From positions 5,210,001 to 5,274,000 of the forward strand of contig NW_024704742.1 in NCBI RefSeq assembly GCF_018977255.1: a stretch of DNA of 64,000 bases, written 5' to 3'. Below are positions 39,121 through 51,300 of this stretch, in pieces (the first letter of the stretch is position 1; each line of letters opens with the position of its first letter). The notes beneath the pieces were generated by a model that was not told the DNA's origin, ran no database searches, and was given only the letters and a program-made list of their open reading frames with translations. This stretch comes from Callorhinchus milii. Its lineage: Eukaryota. The translations under genes were made by a program, and so were the position numbers.

Positions 39121-40920
39121 CTATTGTCACCAACTAGAGTAGAGCACATATCAGGAGTTGGGATATTCACTCTTTTTGCTATTAACATGAAACTGTGCCA
39201 CTTATTAGCATCCGATGGAGGCTTAGAAATGGAACAAGCAGCAGCACGGTTATAATTATTTTAATACCAACTGAGCAAGCAGTTCAGTTTGAATAAGCAG
39301 CGATATTAATCATGGCTCATACACACAGTCCCTTGGCTGGTGTTGTGCTCCCAGCAGCAGTGGGAAAGGTACTTTTGCAAGAACTTTTGTATGAACCACA
39401 AACAACTTACTCACAGGCAATTGCATTTGAGATTCAAACCCACTGCTGCAACATTTTATGATCGTTGAAAGACCAGTGGATTATTTATCAAGATTCTACT
39501 ATAGTACTTTTGACTTTTAATGCTATCTACTGATGCTCTTGCTGTACTTCAGATCCACTGCATGGTATTAAAGCTGTAGATCCTACATGCTCACAGAAAC
39601 TAACGGTGAATAAAATTTATATTCAAAATCAAGCATGTGGAATCTACATATGTGTGGTGTTACATCATTCAGGGACTGGCTGGGATTACATGGCAGTTTT
39701 CATGGAAGAAAATTACCAGGTAATCAAGAAATCCGGAAGTCTGTGATGCTGACTGCGTTACTCAAACTCAATCTATCATGCACATTGTATGTACAGTTAG
39801 CAGAAGGGCATCTCATCAGTCTTGGATTTAAAGATATGGATAAAGTTTAATGAATGGTTATCATTTCTAGGATTAATGATTCTGTCTCGAATGTGACACC
39901 ATATCGACCATCTCACTCAATGAGCTTCAAGAATGGCTGTTGTGCAAAATGGAAATCTCAGTGAGCGAAGTAGTGTGGTGGTGGTGTGTGTCTGACTGTC
40001 TGTCTGTGTGTGCGTGTGTGTGGGGGGGGGTAGCGTGGGGTGGGGGCAGGTGTACACAAACACCGTGTCAGACATCGTGAAATGATTCATTTTGCGTATT
40101 TTCTAGTGAGGTATATTAATTAATGATCTATCGGGATAAGAAACCTCTAAGAAATATTTCAGAATTGCCCACCCCTGCCCCATCACCCTTTCTATTGCTA
40201 ATAATTCATGATTTGAGTTCAGACCACTCGGGCTGTCTGTGAATATCTCTGAAGATCCAAGAAGCTGTACGGCCTATGCCTTGAATGATTTGTTAGGTTA
40301 TTATAATTGCTTGATTTGATAGGGCCTTATTAGGTCATCAAAACATCTCAAAGCACTTCATGGGATTGTAGGTGAACGCCTACAATTTCAAAGAGCAACA
40401 ACAACAACAACAACAACTTGCACTTATAGAGCACCCTCTACCCGGGGTAGCATCTTGGAGCACTTAAATGACCGGGAATGGAGATGAAAGGTATGAAGTC
40501 AAACAGGGAAAACACAAAAAGAACAAAACAACAAGGGGTCGTCTGACAGAGGTCAGAGAGACAGAGACAGCTCGGTGGAGGAAAACCTGTCAGGAGTCTC
40601 TGAAAACCTGTCAAGACTAATTATATCCCGACACCTGTCAAAAATCTTGTGAGGTACAGATTATATATATAATTTCTTATCTTTAGTAATTTAAGAACAG
40701 TGCCATGGGATCTTTATTTTGGGTGATACCTAAATGGCTGATTACTGGACAGTGCTGAGTACAAGCGGTTTATTGTTTTTGTCTACAAATTGATTAAATT
40801 CCATAGTAAAATCCTGTGAAGTTGTTTGAGGCACTACAGGGCACTGTAACAAAAGGAGGGATTATCATAGTACTCTCAATCTTGTACTATTAACAAAAAG
40901 CCTGGATACCTCAAATATTA

Positions 40921-41450
40921 AGACCCCCCGAGCCTCCCCCAGACATCCCCGAGCCTCCCCCAGACCCTCTGAGCCTGCCCCAGACCCCCCAAGCCCAGGC
41001 CAGAGCCCCCGAGCCTCCCCCAGACCCCCTGATCCTCCCCCAGACCCTCACAGCCTCCCCCAGACCCCCCAAGCCTCCCCCAGACCCCCCCAAGCCTCCC
41101 CCAGAACCCCCCAAGCCTCCCCCAGAACCCCCCAAGCCTCCCCCAGAATCCCCAAGCCTCCCTCAGACACCCCCCAAGTCTGCCCCAGACCCCCCCAAGC
41201 CTCCCTCAGAGCCCCCCAAGCCTCCCGCAGACCCCCAAGCCTTCCCCAGACCCCCCCCCCCAAGCCTCCCCCAGACCCTCTGAGCCTCCCTCAGACCCCC
41301 CCCAAATCCTCCAAACCTCCCCCAGAACCCCCCGAGCCTACCCTAGACCCCCCGAACCCCCCGAGAACCCCCGAGCCCTCCCCCAGATCCGCCGAGCCAC
41401 CCCCAGAACACCCCCACCCCCCCCCGCCCCACCACCCCCGAGCCTCCCCC
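40921..41450. repeat. C-rich minisatellite, unit of about 20-22 bp (agacccccc(g/a)agcctccccc)
   Basis: Directly visible degenerate tandem array. Confidence 0.95.
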
Positions 41451-41699
41451 AATAGTAGCCCAACATGATGCGTTGCCTCCGATAGGGTAACAGAGTGGCC
41501 AACGCCGAGTGGGGCAGTGCTTTTGAAACCGTGTGTGAAAAAAAAAGGGTCCGTCTCGAAAGCGTTGGGGGAGGGGAGGTGTGGGGGAGGGGAGGTGTGG
41601 GGGTGGGGGGAGATGGGGGGAGATGGGGGAAGGGGGGAGAGAAACTAATAATATTTTTTTTAAAAAATCAAGTCAGTAGCCCAAACCCCCTTTCCTCAG

Positions 41700-42150
41700 G
41701 CACAGTTAACGGCAGAAACCCGCCCAATTGGGCGTGAGAGACCGCCCAATCTGCGCGCATGGAGTGGTGGTGGTGGTTGTCGTGGGACGAGGCGTGGTGG
41801 TGGACTCGCGCACGCGCATATCAAGCCCCCCCCCCCCACACAACTGCTGTGGGTGGGGCCGACTTGCGCACGCGCATATCGCACCTGCTGCGGCGGGGTG
41901 GGTGGGTGGGGCCGACTCGCGCATGCGCTGCGGCGGCGGCCGTCGTCATCGTCGAATCGCGCATGCGCACATCCTCCCTCCCCCCACCAGCTGCTGCTGC
42001 TGACGCCGCCGCCGCCGTCGTCGCTCCGGGAGAAGTCGCTGCGCAGGCGCAGTTGCGTCAGCTGCTCCACCCTCCGGAGCGCGTGCGGGCGGCCGTGTCG
42101 CCCCCTCACCGCCCCCCCCCACACACACCGGCTGTCTGTCTGTCTGTCGT
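41700..42150 (+). promoter_or_regulatory. CpG-island promoter, probably of COPRS, with CCAAT boxes and five NRF1-type motifs
   Basis: This is the most CpG-dense stretch in the window. CCAAT at 41724 and 41746. GCGCA(C/T/G)GCGC motifs at about 41808, 41866, 41919, 41959 and 42041. It lies 9 kb upstream of the COPRS exons. Confidence 0.75.
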
Positions 42151-42227
42151 AAAGTGTTCGTAAAGTTTTTGCTCACAGTTACTTTGCTTGAATTGGAGGT
42201 TCGGCCCTGTGGCGTTTGCTCTCAAGT

Positions 42228-42838
42228 CCCCCCTCCCCCCCCACCCACCCCCCCCCACACACACCAACCCCCCCCCCACCCATCCCAACACCAACCCCTC
42301 CATCCCCACCCCCCCCCACACACACACCACCTCCCCCCACCAACACCAACCCCCCCCCATACACACCCCATCCCCACAACCCCCACCCAACACCAACCCC
42401 CCCCATCCCAACTCCCCCCCCCACACACACACCATCCCTCCCCCACACCAACACCAAACCCCCCACCCCCACCCCATCCCAACACCCATCCCCCCCCCAC
42501 ACACACCCCATCCCCACAACCCCCACCCAACACCAACCCCCCCATCCCATCCCCCCCCCACACACACACCCCATCCCCACCCAACACCAACCCCTCCCCA
42601 TCCCAACCACCCCCCACACACACCCCATCCCCCACCCACCCACCAACTCACCCCCCCACACACACACCCCATCCCCCACCCAACACCAACCCCCCCCGAC
42701 ACACACCCCATCCCCACCACCCAACACCAACCCCCACCCTTCACACACATCCCCACAACCCCCACCCAACACCAACCCCACACACCCACCCCATCCCCCA
42801 CTCACCCCACACCAACCCTCCCACTCCCCCCAACCCCT
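42228..42838. repeat. C/A-rich degenerate tandem repeat (cccacccaacaccaacccc / cacacacaccccatcccc)
   Basis: Directly visible; the + strand is almost devoid of G. Confidence 0.95.
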
Positions 42839-42855
42839 TCTCTCCCACCACTGTA

Positions 42856-42934
42856 ATGATGGACAAACGGTCTACCAGTACTAGTAGTGGTTGTCTCGCT
42901 GCATCTCTACAAGAGACGAGCACGACCGTTCCGA
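42856..42934 (+). CDS. Possible upstream coding exon of COPRS (MMDKRSTSTSSGCLAASLQETSTTVP)
   Basis: ATG at 42856 and donor CCGA|gtaagg (phase 1) would join in frame to exon 51034 (A+GA=Arg). No upstream AG acceptor and no recognisable homology. Confidence 0.25.
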
Positions 42935-43164
42935 GTAAGGTAAAATAGCCAATGTACTGTTAACCCACATGTTGTTTTGAAAGATGGTTTGGGCTTAGCT
43001 GACACCGTGGACCAGGCTCAAGACTATTTTCTTGTCTATTGGGTGGGGGGGGGGGTGATCATTTCACCTCAGATATTGCTGGAGTGTTAACTGCTTTGAG
43101 TTTAAAAAACAAAACAATTAAGATTTAATTGTATTACCTGAGCTTTGGGTTCTTTGAGACGTCC

Positions 43165-43890
43165 TTTCCCTGCAAGACCCCTTCCAATCCGGTTACTCAC
43201 GATACTGGGACGGCACTGATCGAAGTCACCAATGGCATTCTCTCTTATCTATGTGACCAGGGCTTCCACTATTCGTCCTTCTTGATCTCTCTATCATCTT
43301 CGACACAGCTGACCATTCAATTGTTGTCCACCGCCTCTCCTCTCAGCTCCACCTTCATGGTGCTTTCCTTGTCAACGGCTCCAATTTGTATATATCACTG
43401 GCTTCTCCCCTCAGCCCTGCACCGGCAGATCATACCCAGTGTTTAGGTTTCTGCCTCCACCCTTGTTTCTAGGACCAGTTGATTATCAGACCGATTGCTT
43501 GTCAGACATCAAGTCCTGGATGAGAGTTAACTTTCTCCAGTTGAATACCTATATGTCACAGGATCTCCTGATTGACTGCCATTTGTGACCTAAAGCCTTA
43601 CCAACCTGCCACTCCTTCCTCTGAACAGACACTGGCTTCTCGCCCCCTGCTTGTCCACCAGACCAACAGAAGTTGGGCCTTCACTCTTTTCTGGAACTCC
43701 ATCCATCGCTGTGCCTCACCCTTTCTTTTGCCTCCTTCAATGTCGGTCTCAAGATCTTCCTCCTTGACTGTTCCTTCTGTCATCTTCCCACCTCCACCCT
43801 CTTGGCTTCCACCCCTTCTAAAACCAACTCCCAGCTCGAAGCAAACTCTCAACTGTCCAGCCCCTTGGGAACGGATGTCCTCCCAAGGAC
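43165..43890 (+). mobile_element. Degenerate L2 fragments
   Basis: Remnants of L2 RT motifs (TALIEVTN.IL; gacatcaagtcctggatg) and an L2-like 3' UTR. Confidence 0.65.
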
Positions 43891-45070
43891 AACCTGTACT
43901 CCAGGGAACTTGGCGAGATGAAAATGGGGATGTGTAAAGCACTAACAAGCAGTCAGTCAACACTAGAGTTATTGACAGTAAAAACAAGCAAATATAGTTG
44001 CTGTATTAAAGAAGGGTAGTTGGTTTGACTTTAATAATTGAAATTCTATTGGGATCAATTCTTAGAGGGAAAGTGTGAATATAACTTAATAAATGACTGT
44101 TAATGTAGATTCAGAAAGTGCAAGTCTAGCCTGCTCATACTTTTTGAAGATTGACAATTGTTAATAATTAATTATTAACGACTGCATTTTGATATAGTGC
44201 CTTATCGAATCATCAACTTTTCAAAGTGCTTTATAGGATTTTACTATAAAGTATAGACTGAATTTCTAGATGAATGTGGCAACCAATTTGCAGTGACCTA
44301 CAAACAGCCATGGAATAAATCACTGATTTTATCTGATGGATTGTTGGTCAGGACACTGTGAGAAACTCCCTTAGAATATTTATGCATATTACATAGAATT
44401 ATATGACACAGAAACAATACAAATCTACATGTATACAGTATCATGCCTTTCACGCAGGAGGGTGTCCCAAGGCTCTTAACAAATTAGCACTTTGACACGT
44501 CACAAAGACATGATAAGGCGCTACATCAAATGCAAGGTTTATGATTATTATTGGCACCTGAGCTGGGATTAATTGGAATTGCAGTGTTAATCAAAAACTT
44601 CGTCCATCGGGGTTACACTACCACAATAGGGCCACACTGTGCCATCCAGAATTCGAAGTTCACTGGGGGTCTGAGGCTAAGTGAATGTATGAACAGTCAG
44701 TGTATGGACATAGAGTGTTCTCCTGTTCTGCTTACGTCATTCGTATAGAAACTCACTGGACCAGGCTATTAGTTTATTGCAGAAACACGTCCTCTCCTAA
44801 TCCTTGTGCTTGATAACGAGTAACATTTATCACTGCCATTAATTCAGATAATTCTTGTACTTCCCGCCACAGATCTCAGTTAATGAAAATAATGGCTGCT
44901 CTCAAAGTGAAAAATTAAACATTAAATCAGTTTGCGAGAAAGGTGGAAAAATGTGGAGGCCACAGTTAGGTATGTAATACAAGACGCTACTCGGGTGAAG
45001 AATGCGATATAAATGTAAATTGTTGTTGTATCATTTGTAACCCAATTTTGGTTTGTTATGTGTTATGTGT

Positions 45071-45394
45071 GGAGTCCTGTAGCTCAGTGGTTAGAGCACT
45101 CGCTTTGCAAGTGAGAGACCTGAGTTCAATTCCAGGCAGAGGGCGAAACCTTGGGCAAGTTTCCTTACTCCACACAGAGCCTAATAATAATCCCTCCAAA
45201 ACAAAGCAATAATAAATTGGTCATTTTCAATCTACGACTGTTTGTGGGACATTGCTGTGCGCAATTGGCTGCCGCGTTCGCCCACAAATATACAGTCAAT
45301 TCACTTTACAGTCTATTCTGTGAAGCGCTTTGGGACGTCCTCCCGACGTGAAAAGCGCTATATCAAATGCAAGGATTATTATTATTATTATTAT
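45071..45394 (+). mobile_element. tRNA-derived SINE, young short subfamily
   Basis: Full length; shares diagnostic ggcagagggcg and cacacagagcc with 3420-3741. Confidence 0.92.
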
Positions 45395-45579
45395 GTTTGT
45401 ATGATTGTATTATGATTTCTGTCGGAGCTATACTCCATGGTTATCATTTAATTCCTCGTCTATTTCTACAAATTAAATTTATAAGCTTCTTTGGTAATGT
45501 TGGACAAGTAGAGCGTTTTTATACCCATCGTTTCTTCTTAAACGTTGTGTGTTCGATTTTTCTAATGATTACTTCATTA

Positions 45580-45893
45580 AGTCCGGTAGCTCAGTGGTTA
45601 GAGCACTCGTCTCGCAAGCGAGAGACCTGGGTTTGATTCCCGGCAAGGCGAAACCTTGGGCAAGTTTCCTTACTCCACACGCCTGATAATAATCCCTCAA
45701 GAAAAAAAGTAATAATTTGGTCCTTCATCCACGACTGTTTGTGTGGACGCTGCTATGTGCAATTGGCTGCCGCGTTTCGCCCACAAAATATATAGTCAAT
45801 TCACTTTACAGTATATTCTGTGAAGCGCTTTGCGACGTCTCGAAGACGTGAAAAGCGCTATATCAAATGCAAGGATTGTTATTATTATTATTA
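45580..45893 (+). mobile_element. tRNA-derived SINE, short variant
   Basis: Head, core and tail present. Confidence 0.9.
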
Positions 45894-45989
45894 ACATATG
45901 ATATATTCCTGCAATAAACTGTACTTCCATTCCCCAGTCTCCTCTGGCTAAAAAGGAAAATTCCACAGGCACTGGTTACCCACAAGGAT

Positions 45990-46815
45990 ACTTGGCAACT
46001 GGGCAGATGAAATTCAGTGTGGAGAAATGTAAAGTCCTTCACATGGGGACAAAAAATCCAGGAAGGGACTATTATTTGAACGGAAGGAAAATAATATGTA
46101 TGGAAAATTAAAAGGACCTGGGGCTCCTGTTTAACAAGAAATTGAATCTCTCGAAACAATGCTCTGTGGCAGTGAGTAAAGCAAACCAGATGTTGGGACG
46201 TATCAAAAGATCCAATAGCAAGCCGAAGCAGTGGCGTAATCCTGCCACTGTATAAATCATTGTTGAGGCCGTACTTAGAGTATTGTGTACTGTTCTGGTC
46301 GTCACAGTACAAAAAGGATATTGGAGAAATTGAGAGGAGACAGTGGAGGGCAATCAGAATGATTGAAGGAATGGAGGGACTGGACTATGAGAAGCAACTG
46401 AGTAAATTGGACAGGTTCACCTGGAAAAGAGAAGGTTGAGAGGCAATATGATTTTAAAGGGGTTAGACAATGTAGATCACGACAGGCTGTTTCAACTATC
46501 CCAGAATCATAAAACCAGAGGACATGGCCTGCGATTGAAGGGGAGGAAATTCAGAACGAATCTACGCAAACACTATTTCATTGAGGGAACAGTGAACCTG
46601 TGGAACAGGCTCTCTAGGGACACGGTTGAAGCAGGAAGTGTTGATTCATTCGAACACAGATTAGATCATTTTTCTTTTAGGAAATAGCATTATGGGATAT
46701 GGTACATAGGTAGTTCGGGGCATTTGTGCATGCGACCGCCGGGAAGGTCGGTGGAAGCCGAACTGGACGGTCCTTGGTCTTTTTTTCGTCTAGCGTTTCT
46801 TATGTTCTTATGTTA
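45990..46815 (+). mobile_element. CR1 LINE 3' fragment
   Basis: WQMKFSVEKCKVLHMG, LYKSLLRPYLEYCV.FWS and TRGHGLRL motifs; 3' end ttcttatgttcttatgtt. Confidence 0.9.
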
Positions 46816-48239
46816 TGTACAATCCGGTTACCTACCCTGGTAACTGTTGTTCATGTAGGACCGTGGGTAGTGAGCGTCGGCTGACCACTTGGTTATAGAG
46901 GCTGTTGCCTGACCTCTCTCCACCCAGTTGGCACACAACCAGAAGAGGGTGCAGAATAGACCAGGCAATCTAGCTGATTTTACCCTCCCTAACCCTGGGG
47001 ACACCAGGGTCAATTTAACCTCCCTCCTTACGCAGCCCCAATTGATCCCCAGGAAACTCAGCACCAACTTGGATTCAAACCGACAAGCTTCGGGTCCGTG
47101 AGCTGTAGCTCTGTGCGCGACACGTTCGCAGCTGATCTATACCACGTTTCCTCGTCGTGAGCTTCAGACAGAAGAGTCCAAGTTATACAGCTGACAGTAC
47201 AAAAAAACAGCTGTTACTGGCTTGTAACCCCCAATGTTTAGATGAAAATAATGCATAAGAAGCAGTTGCAATATGCTGGACCGCTGGTGCATGTTGTTAT
47301 GTAATTGGAGGCTTCCCCACAAGGCGGCAGTAGATTAATGCGTCTATTTGTCTGCATGAACCAGAACCTTGTAAGTTGAGGCTACGTGACTAATGGTGCA
47401 CACGTTGTGTATGTGGAGCAAGTTACATCATCTGGACTTTAATAAAGTGTCGGAGGTGCTGTCTTTCCAGTGAGGCCCCCGCGTGCATGTTCCTGTGAAC
47501 CTGACACTCATCGAAAAGAGAAGAGAGTTTCTTCCGACGTCTTGGCCAACAATTTCTCGAATAAAGTTAACCGTTCGCGCCACGGCTATCTGTAGGACGT
47601 TGCAGGGCCCAAATTGGCTGCCACGTTTGCCCGCAAAACACGCAGTCGCTCCACTTTATAATATATCCTCGTGAAGAGGTTGGCTCATCCGCCTGATACG
47701 AAAGGCACTGACTGCAGTGAGCGCAAGGGTTATTTTATTTTTTTCAATTATTATTAATGCTCACCAGAATTAGGTGAGCAGCGTGCACCCATCCTCCCGA
47801 AGTGAAAGGCGCTATACAATGCAATTTGTTTTTGTTGCACCCTTCCTTGAAATGCGCATTCCAGTCCAGACGCAGAAATGTCCATGTGTAGGTAAGCACA
47901 AAATGTGGAACTCTCAGTCTGACTTGGATACTCTTAAGCACAGTGATGGATTTCAGCACATCAAATACCTGAGGGGACAAAAGAAACAAAACAGAGGAAG
48001 TGTAAAGTCGTGCAGGGCCAACCGTGAAAACATATTTGTCACCATCATCTATAAATATTCCCCTTTTTTAGCCTTTAGAGTTCTCCTGTACGTTCTTCTT
48101 TCTGGTTGATCCTTAGCGATACCTGGATGCTGTGTTCTGTGACAGCAATAATAATAATAATCCTTGCATTTGATATTTGATAAACTTGTTGGATATCAAC
48201 TGAAGAACTAGGGAGTAACCTCTTTGGAACCGAAATAGC

Positions 48240-48753
48240 TCCAAGGTGACATGCTTGGATTTGTCAGAATCGCGCCAGCCCTCTGTGGCCGTCATGGCAA
48301 TTCAGTTCCTGATCCAGGCGAGTCCGCAGTATTGGACTTGGAAGGGCAGACCAGTCACTGGGGGCAGGGAATCCCCTCAGTCAGCTCCTGTTAACCTGCA
48401 AGCCAAAGCCCATAAAGTGTAGGGTGGTCCCAGCTAGAGAAGCAGTGGGAAAGCTTGCTCGACAGTGCTATTGAAGGCAAGCTACGCCGCAGTTTTAGCT
48501 GGTTAGACTCCAGCAGTTACCCCAATACACATTCTGGGATCACCAAGCCTCGTCAACCTGCGCCTAATACTTTCCGGATTTAGGTAAGCAAGATGCATCC
48601 TCAAGGAAGGGACATTTATTGGTATGTCATTCCATTAAGCATCTCTGAAATTACCATGTATTGGTGGGATACATGGAACTCTGTTTGGTTTGGATACCCT
48701 TAAGCAGGGTGATGTGTTTCTGCATGTGTCAAACACCTGGCTGATCAAAAAAT
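48240..48753 (+). mobile_element. Second, diverged copy of the unclassified structured element
   Basis: Shares blocks with the reverse complement of 16811-17375 (ccaggcgagtccgcagtatt, ggaagggcagaccagtcactgggg, gttttagctggttagactcca, acacctggctga) and ends in an A run. Confidence 0.8.
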
Positions 48754-48809
48754 ATTTCTAGTCCTCTGTCTTTAAGACTATTTTGCCTTCACATCTTGGT
48801 GGTAAAGTG

Positions 48810-49400
48810 TTAAACAGAGAACATTGTCATTCAGCCCATAAACCTTTACTCCACATGAACCAACTAATCTCACTCGCGAAACTTTCTATGTATTTCAATA
48901 TTCCTCTTTTTCAAACATCTGTCTAATGCCCTTTTAAAGTAACGATTCGTGGCAGAGAATTCCACATTCCAGTCATCGTCTGTGGGAAGATTTTTTTTTC
49001 TAGTGTCCCTTTTAATTCTGTTCATGATTATTTTCGTTTTGCACCCTCTCATTACTGACCTGCTAACCAATGGAAAATAATGTACTTACCGTAAGCTTTC
49101 ATAATCTTGACGATCGTGTCTCAGTCTTTCCAACTATAATGGGGAAAAAAAACCTCTCATATTATTTATCTAAAACTCCTTCCTCTTGTTAACTCCCTAG
49201 TGAATCTGCACTTAATTTTTTTCTATTGCTTTTATATCCCTATAATAGGGAGCCCAAGACTGGACAATATTCAGCTGTGGTCTAAATAAGGTCTTGTACA
49301 GGTTAAGTATTGCCTTGCTATTGTATTGTAGACTGCAGGCTTTTGTTTGCCTTTTCATGGCCTTCTCTACCGATGCTGTCATCTTTATTAACTCGTGTAT
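48810..49400 (-). mobile_element. Degenerate CR1 fragment
   Basis: ILNLYKTLFRPQL..VQSWAPYYRDIKAIEK on the - strand. Confidence 0.75.
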
Positions 49401-50699
49401 TAAACCATACGAGATGCTAGCTACCCCACTATATAAGGGCGCTATATAAATGCAAGCTGTTCCGAATCTGCAAAACAAGATTCCTTTGCTTTTCTACCCT
49501 ATTTAAAATCTACCATTTATTGTGTATTTCCTTTCCGTACTTGTACTGCTAAATACAGTATACTACAGGTGATTCACCTTTTTTTTGACACTGAACTGCT
49601 TTAGTCTCCAAGCCGTCCTCTCTTTTAGATTTCTGAAATCAAATGTTCAGGGCATTATCACTGATGCAAAGTGGAATAGCCTGGATTCCCAACCTTAAGA
49701 TGGCTCTTTACATCATCGGCAGCACTGAACAATTCTAAGTTGGAGTGCACTTCGAGATGCAATACATCTTGGATTCCAGTGTTCATGATAAATTCCTCAA
49801 GCTTAATTGCCATGGTTTATGATGCCAAACATTCAGTCTGGTGAAAGACCTTTTCACCCAGTATTTGAAGGAGAAAGTTTGGTTCCCTAATTTGTTTTAA
49901 CTATAAGCTTTCAAAAAAAGTCTGGTTATTTGTTTCAAATTGTGCGACCACAATAAATCTGTGTAGAATATAGTTTTCTGCAAGTACGAATCACTCCCTA
50001 AGCGTCAGCATGATTTACTTCAATACAGGAATAAAGCCAACATCAAATTAGTTTTTCTTATTTGGGGAGAATGAAGAAAGAGACCATATAAACCTATTTA
50101 AATAGACTTGTGCATCTATCTGTTGTATTATATATTGTTGAGCATGGATTTGAATCATACTCCTATGTGATTTAAGTTGTATTCTAGTTAAACAAGTATG
50201 GGGAGGAGTTGGAGAAATTTGAGTGACTAAGGCAGTGCATTTCTAGGAGACCATTCATTTTCTGCACATTGTCCACGAGGTCATTGAACAGTAAAGAGTC
50301 TGTAAAACATTTTCATTCTTCAGTTCCTTTGTGTACCCACGTAACCCGAGTGTGGAGAATTGTATGGATTGCACATTTCTATACAATAGTTTTTAATTTA
50401 TAGAGTTTCATTCTTCTGTCCTGATAGTACAAAATAATAAAGTAATAATAATAATCCTTGCATTTGACATAGCGCCTTATCACGTCTTCGAAACGTCTCA
50501 AAGCGCTTCACAGAATATTCTGTAAAGTGAATTGGCTGTATATTTTGTGAATTGACTGTATATTACATTTTAATCTACAAGGCAAGTCACGGGCATGTTG
50601 TGTGCTTTGACGGAATCTAGACTTTGACAGAAGTTTAATTAAAGCCGGTTCCTCCTTCGATGGATGGTGTGTTTTGAAGGATTTGGTTGACTAGGCTGT

Positions 50700-50920
50700 T
50701 GGGAAGGGTAGGCCCATGCCATTGAGAGTGTACAATCCTCATTCAGATTCCTAAGTTTCTGGTTAACGCTCAATCATGGCAGATTTGTGCTTATGTCCAT
50801 GGGGGAACTGAAATTACTGACATTTAACTTGGTTCCTACCAATGGACTATTATCTCCTCTTTCTGGGTTTTAACCGCAAGTCCCAGAGGTGAGAAGGACT
50901 GTGTTAACCCACGTGCGCAC
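50700..50920 (-). repeat. Possible LF-SINE-related degenerate element
   Basis: Minus-strand cttctcacctctgggac..ggttaaaacccag and cagttcccccatggaca resemble recalled LF-SINE head and body blocks; weak match. Confidence 0.3.
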
Positions 50921-51033
50921 TGTTATTGCAATAAAGGTTTGCAACAAAAAAAAAAGCTCCTGTGATAGTCATGGAATTCTTTCGTGATCAGTTCTGGGTC
51001 AAATTAATAGAACTCGTGGTTTTTGTTTTGCAG

Positions 51034-51300
51034 GACGTGCAAGGAAACTCGCCGAAGATCCTCTTTGTTTAGAATTGCAGAATCCGGAGGCGCTGAGCAG
51101 CACCTATGGTGCGGAAGACGTAGATAAGATGGAGAATGATGACGAAACAGATTTTGATAATTATTCAGACTGTGACATGAGTGACTCTGATTTCCTGCCG
51201 CTTGAGCCCAGACGGTCACCGCAGCTCTCCGAGTGCGGTCCTCAGCTGTTTACTGAGAAAGAGGACTGGGAGAAAGAAATTGACGAAGCTTATCCCTACG
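51034..51300 (+). CDS. COPRS: COPRS (coordinator of PRMT5 and differentiation stimulator) orthologue, penultimate coding exon
   Basis: Acceptor ttttgttttgcag|GA and donor TACG|gtaatg (phase 1). The frame is open across the exon: RARKLAEDPLCLELQNPEALSSTYGAEDVDKMENDDETDFDNYSDCDMSDSDFLPLEPRRSPQLSECGPQLFTEKEDWEKEIDEAYPY. The acidic region and EDWEKEI..AYPY resemble the recalled human COPRS EDWDSEL..NPY. A strong-context in-frame ATG (aagATGG) is at 51129. Confidence 0.85.

Noticed and set aside
40911..41263. Gly/Ser-rich ORFs on the - strand
   Set aside because: Translations of the minisatellite
42106..42948. Long Pro/His/Thr-rich and Gly/Val/Trp-rich ORFs (up to 264 aa)
   Set aside because: Open in almost all frames only because the C/A-rich repeat lacks stop codons
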